A DNA stretch of 64,000 nt from Podarcis filfolensis (taxonomy: Eukaryota), in assembly GCA_964270895.1 (NCBI GenBank), contig OZ185442.1. The stretch is one strand, 5' to 3'. Both the position numbers and the translations under genes were made by a program. The notes under the pieces are model-generated. The model was not told where the DNA came from. It searched no databases and saw only the letters and a list, made by a program, of their open reading frames with translations. Below are positions 51,421-62,353 of the stretch, one piece after another; positions within the stretch are counted from its first letter, which is position 1; every line of letters begins with the position of its first letter.

Positions 51421-51439
51421 CATTTAGAGCAGTCTATTT

Positions 51440-52650
51440 ATTATAATTACTTTATTATTTCTTAAATTTGTATACTGAAGACAGCAGGGCAGTTCACAAC
51501 ATAAATATTCAAAATGAGAACACAAAATACGTATTGGAGCAAAAACAAACCAATAAGCCCCCTCCCACAAACACATTTAAAAGGCCATAGAATGTTAATC
51601 AGCCAAAGGCCTGGTAATAGAGAAATGTTTTCACCTGGCACCTGAAGATATGTTATGAAGGTGCCAGGTGAGCCTCCCTGGGGAGAGCATTCTACAAATG
51701 GGAAGCTGCTGCAGAAAAGTACCCATTTTCATGTTGCCACTGTATGGACTTCTGGTGGAGGAGACACATGAAGAAGGGCCTCAGAGTCTGGGTCAGTTCA
51801 TATGGAGAGAGACAGTCCTGAAGGTATTGTAATCCTGAGCCATTTAAGGCTTTATAGGTGTAATCCAGCACTTTGAATTGGGCCTGGAAGTTAATTGGCA
51901 GCCAGTGCAGTTGGGCCAGGATTAGTGTAATATTCTCAAATCGTCTTGCCCCAGTGAGCAACCTGGCCACCGAATTCTGCACTAGCTGAAGTTGCCGAAC
52001 CATGTTCAGAGGTACCCTACGTATAACATATTGCAGCAGTGTAACCTAGAGTTTACATAGACGACAGAACTTAAGCTATCTCTGCCCAAGTAGGAATGCA
52101 GCTGGACCACTAATCAAAGCTGATGGAATGCAGTCCGCACCATCTGAGCCTCAATGAAGCAAAGGATCCAGAAATACCCTGAAGCTATGTACCTGCTCCT
52201 TCGAAGGACTGTAACCCCAGCAACAGCAGGCCACACACCCAGCCATCTGGTCAAGGGAACTGTCCACTAACAATGTCTCAGTCTTGCTTGGATTGAGCTT
52301 CAATTTACTGGCGCTCATCCAGTCCATTACCAAGACAAGACAACGGTCCAAACACATCCATTGCCACACCTGCAGATGTAATGGAGAAGCAGAGCTGTAT
52401 GTCATCAGCATATATCTGACAATGTACTCCAAAACTCAATAACCCCACTCAGGTTTCATGTAGATGTTAAACTGCATAGGGGATAAAACTGAACCACGAG
52501 GAACCCCACAATGAAGGCTCTATGGGGCTGAGGAACACCGCCCAAGCAACACCCTCTGCAAACAGCCATCCAAGTAGGACAGGAACCACTGCAAAGTGAT
52601 GCCACCCACCCCTAACTTGGATAGCTGCTCCAGAAGGAAACCATGGTTGG
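51440..52650 (-). mobile_element. L2 LINE 3' fragment (degenerate RT C-terminus)
   Basis: LQLVQNSVARLLTGARRFENITLILAQLHWLP...FKVL..TYKALNG and WMSASKLKLNPSKTE are L2/CR1-clade motifs; frameshifts and stops present. Confidence 0.85.
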
Positions 52651-52900
52651 TGTTCTCAAAAGCAACTGAGAAATTAGCCCACAAAAGCTACCAGCCTTCC
52701 ATTTTTATTTATTTTATTTTTTCAGAAAGCTGCTGGGAGCTGGCAGAGGGTTTCTGTCCCTCCTCCGGCAACCTGCTGCATCTGCCTCTGCATGGTGCAG
52801 AAGAGGGAGTTTTCGTCATCTGGCAGGCTGTATGGTTTCAGCACTGTTGGCAGAGGATGATGAATCACTTCATTCTTCTTCTGCCAGTCCACTTACTCAC

Positions 52901-52965
52901 CTTTCTGGCATTCCATGTATTTGCCTACATGCAATTCCTGGTTGACTATAGCTATCAGACTACTG
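52901..52965 (-). other. Candidate internal exon of a divergent minus-strand transcript
   Basis: Consensus donor AAG|gtgagt at 52901/52900; tandem acceptors AAG/CAG/TAG after cattcttgttt. Confidence 0.4.
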
Positions 52966-54039
52966 CTTAAACAAGAATGTTTATTCTGCATGACTACTGT
53001 TAATAATGTAATCAGGTAGTGGAGCAGCAGGCCAGGTTCTAAGTACTTGATTTATTTCACAGCAGGGGTGATGTCATCTCCTGGGACACTTTTTGCCAAT
53101 CCTCTGCATGCCAGTAAGCTTTTCTCAGAGAAAAACCCACCAATTAAGCTAAGCAGAGGAAGGGAGAGGTTACATTAGCACACATGGCTAAGGGTTAAAT
53201 TGCTACTTTTATTATGCAATATCTCCCAAGTTCCTTTATTATGACCAAAGTGTTGCAAAGCAAGCTTTTGAGTTCATCAGAACTTTTCTTGAGGCTAGCT
53301 GTTAAGCGAAGGGTTAATAATGAAAGTGTTGACGAGGAACACCTGCACTTCAGAACGCACCAGTGCAATAATTATCACCACCTGTGCTTCTGCATTGCCT
53401 TTCCTTCTGACCTCATTGTCTGCTTCTTTCTTCTTTGGCAATCACTCGTAGCCGAGTAAGATTGTCTTCCATAAACACGGTTTTAACAATGCACACACAG
53501 AGCATCTGTGTATACTATAATCCAGGCCAAGACTTTAACACAGGCTATAGGCCACAAAAGCCCATGCCATAATAATTTGCAATCAAGCCACATATAACTG
53601 CTGCTAAATCATCTTCCTTGAGGATTTGGCAAGCAAATATTTCAAACAGCTATGATTGTGATGCTCGTGACTTTATAGCATTCTCAGAAACTTCTGCCCT
53701 GAGGTACGTTTTGAAAGAAGACACGAACACAAGGCTTCCAGATGCCAGCCAGTTCCACCCCACCCTTTCCAACATCTTTCATTGACTACACCCTTTGATT
53801 TTCTTATCTCCAACCCACAAAAAAGTTTGGAACTGCATAGGAATTATTTTTAGACGTTTTAATTCCTTTATCACTTGTGTGTTTGCGCTCCTCTGGCTGG
53901 AAAGGCGGGGTCATAAATTTAATAATATGCAATATATTCGTTGCTAAGCCTTCAAGGTGCCCACATATTTTTCTTCCACGCGACAGAGCACACCTGCTGC
54001 ATTCCTACAGGTAAAGGGTAGCTTTTCCTTTTAAAAAAG

Positions 54040-54530
54040 GAAACACGTCACGTGTAAAAGCGCCTCAAAGATGCGCAAGGCGAGGAGGCCACAGAAAACA
54101 TAGAATGCCCAGCGGCCCTGGTTTCCTTCCTACCTCCCTGCTCTCTCTTCCCCTCACCTGGGCAGCAAATAAAACCCCGAGCCGCGAAAGATGCCCAAGA
54201 GGGCAGAACTACGCATGCGGGAAGGAGGGAAGCGCGCGCCGCGGCCGTTGTGCGCGGATGGGGCCGGGTACCAATCGGCTTCGAGCGAGAGGGCGCGCGA
54301 GCGCACGCGCCGCCTCTGGCTGACTTGCTAAGTAGAACAAGCGCAGGCGCGTGCGCGCAGGTGCCGCAAGAGCGCGTTCGGGGAGGGGGGAGGAGGAGGC
54401 GGGGGCGGGGGCTTAGGCGTTGCCTGGCAGCGGAGGGTATATAAGCTGCAACCCGGCCGTTGCTTTCGCTTGTTCGATGCCATCTGGTCTGTCGCTTGGA
54501 TAGACTTGTGAGTGGGGCGGGGTGGGGGGA
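54040..54530. promoter_or_regulatory. CpG-island promoter, probably bidirectional (GAPDHS leader on +, unknown transcript on -)
   Basis: CpG-dense; TATATAAG 54438-54445; CCAAT 54271; NRF1-like CGCATGCG 54212 and GCGCAGGCGC 54341; GTCACGTG 54047; strong donors on both strands (+54508 gtgagt, -54157 gtgagg). Confidence 0.8.
54463..54507 (+). other. Candidate non-coding first exon (GAPDHS leader or separate host transcript)
   Basis: Pyrimidine-rich start (ctttcgctt) about 25 nt after the TATA box; donor CTT|gtgagt at 54507/54508, followed by intronic G-runs. Linkage to GAPDHS is inferred. Confidence 0.55.
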
Positions 54531-55574
54531 TGCTGCGGTTGGAGAGGGAGCTTTAAGCTGGGCCTTAGGGGGTCTGGAGGGTGGTCTGGGTTGTCCAGTC
54601 GACCACGGTGGGGTGGGGTAAGGTGGGGGGTGTCGTATAGAGGATGCTGGGAGGGAGAAAGGGGGCGCCCTATAGAAGATGCTAGCTGGGTGGGTGGGGG
54701 CTGCAAGGCTGGGCGAATGGGGATTATTGTTTAATTTAAAAATCGATGGTCTTGACATTTATTTGCCTGTTAATGCATTATATCCTCCGTATTTAGTGCT
54801 TTTAAATTGCTCGTTGCCTTCTGATGACTTTTATTCATTCTTTTCTTACGTGTGTGGGTTTTTTGCACTCCTATTTCTTCCTCAAGGTGCACATGGTTCT
54901 TCTTTGGCACCTCACAAACAACTCTGTGAGGTAGGTTGCTGGGGGGGGGAAGAGTCCCCCCCCCTAAAGTGAGCAGCTGAACCGCCACTGGGACGCCTGC
55001 TCTCTTAGGTCCCTAATCTGGCACTCTAACCCCTGAAAACCACACTAGTGGGCTGAGGTATTGAAAAGGTGGCTTAGGGATCTTTCCAGTTAAGAAATAG
55101 GTTGTGGCTGGGTAACTAAAATGGAGGCGGAAGGAGAGAAGATGTCTGAGAGGACTGCGCTGTGTTGGGGGTTGACCCCAGAAGACCACCGTGAGCTTGG
55201 CTCTGTACAGTTTTGAGAAGGGATGCATGAGGGGGCAAGAGAGGCATGGGGCAAAGTGGATGTGTGTCGTCTTCAGAGAAGGGGTGATGTTTTGGGGTGG
55301 GGTGGATTGTACGTGTGGTTGTTGCGGGGAGTAGCCTTCAAGAGCTAGAGCATTAGGAGAGCTCAGAAGCATGAGTCAACCACATAGCAACATGGTGCTT
55401 CTTTCTACAGTGCCATGAAGCAGATAGCAGGAGGCTTGTGGTCGGGGGGGGGGGCAGGCCTGCGGACAGGAACAGTCCCTAAATGGCTTTAGGGAATAGA
55501 TGGTGGAGGGTGCTGTTGTAGTGGACTGGTTTGGGGACTTGGAGGATAGGAGGTGTGGGGCAAGGGGAAGCTCA

Positions 55575-55780
55575 GCTAGCGTGCTGTAGCGGTGAGAGTG
55601 GCAGGAACCAGGTTCAAACCCGCACTCAGTCCACTGTATTGGGTGACCTTGGGCCAGTCACCACTTCTCAGGCTAAGCCTACCTCACAGGGTTGTTGTGA
55701 GGATGAAATGGGGAAGGAGGACCATGCACACCACCTTGAGCTCCTTGGAAGAAACAGTAGTATTTAAACATAATAAACAC
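55575..55780 (+). mobile_element. MIR/Ther1-like CORE SINE (related copies about 510-755 +, 15865-16075 -, 18715-18910 -)
   Basis: ggttcaaa...gggtgaccttgggccagtcac...cctacctcacagggttgttgtgaggat core. Confidence 0.75.
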
Positions 55781-56657
55781 AAACACACCTACCTCACAAG
55801 GTGGTTTCAGGGCTTAAATTTGGATGGAGTGGGAGGAGAAGGGGAGCCGTGTGTGCCACTTCGATCTCCTTGGAGGAAAGGTTGGGGTGTAAAGGCGAAT
55901 AAATTACAGGATTGCAGGTTTGCTTGATGCTACAATGCAGCAGTTTGGAGAGAGAATGTTGCCCTTGATGGGTGCATGGCAAGAGTTCTGTAAGGAAGCT
56001 TTAGGGCTTGCTTTGAAAATATTTGCAGTGACACGAATGCTGGATACCAAGGAAGCTTCCCCCATAGTGAGGGGCCGGGGCGGGGGGGGGGGAGCTTCAG
56101 CTACTGCTAGAGAAGGCACTAAACAACTGAGAGTAGGAGATGATGATGCAGATTCATCTGGTAGTGCTCTTCCTCTGTACCATGGATCTCTCTAGAAATG
56201 CAACTGCGTCAGAAAAACCACTGAAGAGTCAAGCCTGGACCATTCCATTTTGAGGACTGTTAGATGAGCAGTTCCTGCCTTTTTACTTTTCTTCATCAAT
56301 GGAAGAAGAATCTCCTTTACTGTGTTTTTTTTAAAAAAACAGGAAATTAATGAAAGATTCTGTCCCACCTACTCCCTTCTGTAGAAATAAGCCCAGGTTT
56401 CTATCTTTTTTTTTTAACTGCTCATCCCCTTTGAGGAATAATATCACATCATTTTTATTGTATATATTTTGCATAAATCAAAATATAAGAAGTTGTAAAG
56501 ATTTGTTCTGTATCAGTTCCAGGTGAGAGAAGGAACTGGCTGTTGTTTATATACGTTGCCTTTACCCTGGCTGGGTAGTTTTCAATACCTAGGGATTTTT
56601 GCAGAGGTAGGGAAGCAAAGACCCCTGTTACCTAGCGATCGAGTTGGTTTCTTCCAG

Positions 56658-56712
56658 ATCAACTGCTAATTGTATGGATCCGTCCTGTTCATGTGACTGT
56701 CGCATCACATCG
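56658..56712 (+). other. Candidate exon containing ATG GAT CCG TCC TGT... (MDPSCSCDCRITS)
   Basis: Acceptor ttggtttcttccag| and donor TCG|gtgaga; retains CpGs; resembles the 59872 exon. Confidence 0.45.
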
Positions 56713-58688
56713 GTGAGATTAGGAAGCAGTGATGTCTGCGTGCAGCCAGGCACGCTCCAAAGAGCAGCAGTTGAAAGATGGCCAGGATTCTCCCTCAGGG
56801 ATTTCAGAAACTGAAAAGCTACTTCCTCACAAATAATGCCATTGTTAGAAGAGAAATTAATCTGACTTATTTTTGGTAGAAACTAGGCTGCAGAACCGTG
56901 TGCTCATTGCAAGAATGAGACTCTTCAAATATGCTGCACCATTATAAATTCATCCAGTGACCTGTTGACAGAATATAAAGCATTTTTTTTTAATTCTACA
57001 CTTTTTATACGTTGATAGCCTGTTTGAAAAAATCTACTTTCTTGGAGCTGTAGCTCAAAATTTAAGTGCACACAATGTCTACTTAAAACTGCAATCATAA
57101 TGAAATATTGAGACATTGGAAATGAGACCATGAATATGCTGCAAGCCTGCATTATTGACTACAGCAGGAGAATAGAGGTGATCTACAGATCAAGTATATA
57201 GTCTTTCTGTGAAGGAGGTTGTAAGTCTCAGTTGCTAATATGAGCAGACAGCTAACTGTTATCTTGCTTCAGGCTCCCCACAAACAATAAGGAGGGAAAC
57301 ATGCCTTAGACTAAAGGCTAAATAAAACAGACTTCCTGTCTCTGGTCAATGGAGGTCAAATGCAAACTGTTTGTTCCAGGAATGCAGGAGGGAGATAAGA
57401 GCCCATTTTCTAACTGAAAATATGGATCCCGGTTGTTAGCAAGGGTACACTGCAATGGGTGCCATAGGTTTATACTGAGAAATGTTTAGCATGATTAGAA
57501 CTGTGCAGATAGCTCAAGGTCTGACTAAGACCATTGGCATCTATGAGCTTTGGCACATCTAACTGCATAGGAGTAGGGTATGGGCAGACTTTTCTGCTGC
57601 ACCAATACAGTCTCAAGGTCACAGCATCTGCAGCCAGGACGTGATGGTTGTAAAATGCTCTGGGGCTGTGAGTATGCGCCTGCCGAGGCTGCTCTGTCTG
57701 GGCTGTGGTTGCTGCTTAATGTACACTTGGATGGGTTTGGGACTCTGCTGTTGGCCACAGAGCGTCACTGCAGCATTTAGATGCCTGCAGAAGGATGGGA
57801 ATGTACTCCTGTGACGGACTGTTGCTTCTGTCATGATGTACTAGGTACATATATGGAAGGCCAAAATGGTAATGAAGCAATAGAAGAAAATATATCTGAT
57901 TAATACTCATTTTGTCAAACTTCTGTGGCTGTCATACAGTTCTAAGCTGTTGCATTCATGGAAGCTGCGTAAACCGGAAGATCCAAGAACACCAAATAAC
58001 GGTGGTAAAATTATTGAAGCTTTGGCCAATGTCGTTTTCACAGCAATGCTGCAAAATTGCTATTGCTAAGTTCCCCATTTTACCGTACACTGTTGTGCAA
58101 ATGCATTGGCAAATCTGCAGTGGGTTGCAAAATTCCATGGGGCTGTCTGCCAAGGAATCGAAAGGTGTTTCTGTACCGAGCAATTTAGAAATAATATGCT
58201 TGAGAGGCTGCAGACCTGAGCTGTTCTGAAACAAAATGGCTTCTGTTCTTCCAGTTGCGGTTGCCAAGATATTTATTGTTTGGCATGCAACATTTTAACA
58301 AAATCAGGGGAAATGCAGGATTTCTAAATAAAAGATCAATTGACTAAGATCTTTGCTTCTTTCTTTCCTTGGTTTGATTCATTTTAATATCTCCTTGTAT
58401 GGGAAGTACTTGGTTGGCAAAAGAGGTACCATTTCCAAAGCATGGCTCCACTAGTATCACTAGTGGAGCTGAAAGTCCGGCAAGCAGTGTTGCTAGAAAT
58501 AATTGATGGTGGCTGGAGCAGGGAAGGTTGGAAAACCCCCACCGTAACGTGTTACTGGCATCACCTGCAGTTTTGAAAAGTCATCCAGTATCTTTATACA
58601 AGTGAGAGATAATATATGACTAAGGTGATCCTGCTCAAGGTTGAAGTGGTGAGATACACAAATGTGATACTGGTTTTGTATTACAAAG

Positions 58689-58733
58689 CCACTATAACTC
58701 AGCGGGAGAAATTAATACTGGAACCTCAGGATG
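58689..58733 (+). other. Candidate 45-nt exon in the GAPDHS leader
   Basis: Acceptor tggttttgtattacaaag| (moderate) and donor ATG|gtaaga (strong); open in the frame that joins 59840. Confidence 0.3.
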
Positions 58734-59871
58734 GTAAGAGAATGTATTTATTCTTTTCTCTGCCTTTTTGTATTTTATGAGTATTTTCCTACTTGCCGTT
58801 GGCAGAAGCCTAGGTTAAAATGACCAGGGGAAGCAACTTGTTCTGCTTGTAGCAAACCATATAATCATGGTTATATAAACCTGTAGCTTAGACTCAATAC
58901 AAATGGGGCCAACAGGACATAAAGCAAACTTGCATAGTCATCCTGCTGAATGCAAACGAAGGGGCTCAGGAACACAAATGTAGATAGTCATGCTTATGTA
59001 ACTGTCTTCAAATGTGAAGCTGTGCTCTCTTGATTCATATATAACCTTGGCTATCATCTGCTTTCTGGTCTGGGCAGGAGCGCTGTGCAAATAGCTGTCC
59101 TTGTTGGTCTAGCATTCTGCTATGCCTTCCAGGGCAAAAGTTTCTCCACTTATTCTTGGGTTCTGCACAGGCTGCTGTAGCAAAAAAGTAGATTAAAAGC
59201 TGAGAAGGCCTTGATAGGCAACTGATAAAATCACCTCTGTGTCGTATTGCTATTGCCATTTTGGCATACAAGCAGTATATACATAACAATATATATGTTG
59301 CATTGTTGAAGTTATAACAAAAAGAGCCATTTCACAATCTTTGGAACTATCAGTGAGCTGCTGTAATAAGGCATTTTTCCATTGTTACTCTTCATCTTCA
59401 GGGATGTGTTTGACAATGTTTTCCTAATATCTGCTCAGTAGGGTAGAACTGGACTGTGGTTCTTCTGAAGATGGCTCCAGAAATCTATTGTTTCAATCTG
59501 AATTTTGGTAATCCCTCTAAATAACATTTTTTTTTGCTACCAGTGTGGGAACTAGTCTTTCAGAATAAGATTTCCAGGAAAGCAAGTTACTTGGAGAACA
59601 TTTGGAGGTGCACTTCTAAAAATTGCCAGACCTTCTTATCTCCCTACTACCCAAATGCTCTTTGTTCTTATAACCACTTTTGGGCCAGCGGTCCCTGATT
59701 CTTATTAAGAACACAGTTTTGAATGGGTGGTGAAAAAACAGAAATGTTGGGAAGCAAAGGAATCTTTGATAATAGGTGCAGCAAGCTTAGCCGAGCAGAA
59801 GTTAACCAGCCTCCTGAAATCCTCTTTCAGTATTTCTAGGTAGAGAAACGGTAGATAGGTCAGCCAGCAGA

Positions 59872-59936
59872 ATGAATCGCAGTTGCTCACCGCCACCGGA
59901 TTGTGGCGGCACATCAGTTAGTGTCAAAGTTTTCAG
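59872..59936 (+). CDS. GAPDHS: GAPDHS N-terminal ATG exon (MNRSCSPPPDCGGTSVSVKVFR)
   Basis: Exon bounded by acceptor ctctttcagtatttctag| (59839/59840) and donor AG|gtaagc. 21 codons plus 2 nt; phase 2 matches the next exon. Length is similar to the about 22-codon human first exon. Confidence 0.7.
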
Positions 59937-60949
59937 GTAAGCAAATTTCTTGAGGGGGTTCCGATGAACGTTTAAATACCGGCAGCCTTCTCCGTGAGTT
60001 GGTAAAGCCAATGTAACTAGAGGTAAGATATATTTTGGTAAAAATAACAGTAAAACCTGCAGGTTCACAATATATGGTTTGAAAGCCACCCTGTTCTAGG
60101 TCTGTTAAACTTCATTTGTAAATGAGGTTCAACAGTGGGTAAGGCAAACTCCAGAACCTCAGTGAAACCCATTTAAGAGAACTTTTCTCCAAGTGAGATT
60201 CTCCCAAGCAGATGTAAGTTATTTAGGAACTTCCTTTAGCTTGTAGTGTGTGCTTACTGAAATTTGGTTAAGCAAGCATGTTCTATCTGGATATGAAAAT
60301 AATTTTTATTAAACCTTTTCACTGTTCTCCATATTGAAGGCTTGTTTACATGTTCAGAAGCACCCAAAGTTGTCGTTTGGGTTAGTGATCCTAGTGATCT
60401 TTAGCGTGGCCAGGAATACTGGAATGTTTTGGAATTGCCATTTATCCTTGCTTGCCTCAGTGTATTGTGTGATGGAGTCTTCAACTCTTGGATGAGACTA
60501 CAGAAAACAACTATGCTCTCATGTATCCTGGCTTTTGCTATGGCATGGATTCATCTACTTTACATAGAAGCATAGCAAAGTGAATCTCACTCCGGAGAAA
60601 ACTGTGTGTTCTGGTTAACCTTGACTTGGAGGCTCCCTTCAGTCTTAAAATATTTGGCCTCCCTCCAGGTTTTCAGTCTACAAGGCTATTTTGCCTTGTG
60701 ATGGTATGTATTGTTACTTACTGGGGTTCCCCACTTGGCTGTCCTGTGTAATGTGGTCTTACAGGAGCTGCATCATGACACAATTAGTGAAGCTGTTTGC
60801 CATTTCCAAGCCTTTGGGGCATGTGGCCTGTCAGAAGTAGCTTAGCAGGCAGCAATTTTAAGATCTTATTCCGGGATGCTTGGTTTATTCCAAGAACAAA
60901 ACAAAGCTACTGGCAAATTAAGGAGTGGACAGTCTCTCAGAGATATGTA

Positions 60950-61199
60950 CAGTCATACATTGGATCTTGAACGCCTTGCGACTCAAACATTTTGGCTCCC
61001 AAATGCCGCAAACCGAAAGTGAGTGTTCCTGTTTGCAAACGTTTTTTGGAAGCCAAACGTCTGAGGCAACTTCCGCGGCTTCCGATTGAGTGCAGGAAGC
61101 TCCTGCAGCCAATCAGAAGCCGCACCTTGGTTGTCGAACATTTTCGTAAATCAAACGGACTTCCAGAATGGATTCTGTTCAACAACCAAGGTATGACTG
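60950..61199. mobile_element. Tc1/mariner MITE
   Basis: cagtcatac / gtatgactg, TA TSD. Confidence 0.85.
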
Positions 61200-62353
61200 T
61201 ATACTAAATCGGAAGTTTACATTAATTTCGTTGTTTTGCCCTGGAATGAGCAAACAAGCTTCCTAATTACACAGTAAATCCCATTTTGAAACTCAAGTTG
61301 CCTGGCCCAATGCAAACCATGTAATATGCATTGCTCACCAGAAATAATTCCTGTAATGTGTGTTGTAGCTGTGCATTTTATCCAGAGTTAGACCCATTGA
61401 AAGTAATGAACCCAGGTTACTTAAACTTAGTTTGATACAACACATTAGTTCTTACAGTCAAGTGAAGGGATTGGATCTGCAAAGTTAGGGTCTGAATAAA
61501 TATAATGGAAGTGATAGGAGCTCATTTTTCCTGCGTGGTAAGCCAAGCTTTCTCCTATCTTTGTAATAAAGGAATACTAGTAGTGTGAATGTTGATTAGT
61601 CATGAGTCTTCCCCCTGTGCTTTAGGTGGCTATCTTTTTGAAGCATCACATGTAGGGCTTAAAAAATATCAATATGAGCAACTGCTAAGCTGACTCTGGA
61701 ATTAATGGAAGTGAAGGGGGTTCATGATGTCACAGGAGCCTTCAAAGCATTGCTGTGTACAGCCAGCCTCTGGTCCAAAGTTGAAGCTCAAGTTCCTGAA
61801 CTCAACCCTGGAGCAGAAATTACCATAGAATAAAATGCTTGTGGCATACTCCATTTGCCCCACTGCTTTTCCCCTTGGGAAACCCAGTCTTTAGTGGTGA
61901 ATTGCAACAATCGGCAATTGAGGTTTCTGCAGATTGCCATTTGTTCCACTGTATTGCTAAAGAGCGAATTTTCTGGGGGAAACTGGTGGGGCAAGGCAAA
62001 ACCACTCAGACCCATGTCTGGAAAGTGTGGGACAAGTGGAAGACCACTCAGACCCCCCGGCACAGGATGAGTAGAAATGTGCACAAGCCTAGAGTTTGTA
62101 TGTAGACCAGTACAGTATCAGGAAATTCTCTTTGAGTAAGTAGCGGGTCTCTTCCTTCTTTTGTTGCAAATGGATTTGAGTCACATGTCACAGTGTAGAT
62201 CTTTGTAAACCAAGGTTGCTGGGAAGGAGAGAGATACATAGGACAATATGAAGTCCATCCTTGTTATAAAAGTCCTGAAGTGAAATCTTCGTGGCTTGTA
62301 TAAATGATCTAACCGTTGAATAAAGAATGTTGGGAGGCGGGGGAGCAGGAATA

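Noticed and set aside
44600-54000. USF2 or hepcidin (HAMP) expected after LSR
   Set aside because: No bHLH-LZ exons and no 8-Cys peptide found on either strand.
54048-54758. 236-aa - strand ORF
   Set aside because: Non-ATG start, low complexity, stop-poor because it spans a CpG island; crosses predicted splice donors.
56674-56700. Metallothionein (MDPSCSC resembles MDPNCSC)
   Set aside because: No further Cys-x-Cys/Lys-rich exons follow; similarity is limited to 7 residues.
56140-57900. Box C/D snoRNA candidates (56140-56224, 56729-56814, 57833-57899)
   Set aside because: C and D boxes occur but without convincing terminal stems or a guide I can match to rRNA or snRNA; needs Infernal/snoscan.
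57912-58229. ITVVKLL resembling human GAPDHS VTVVQLL
   Set aside because: Non-ATG start and no phase-compatible donor after the motif; the 59872 exon fits better.
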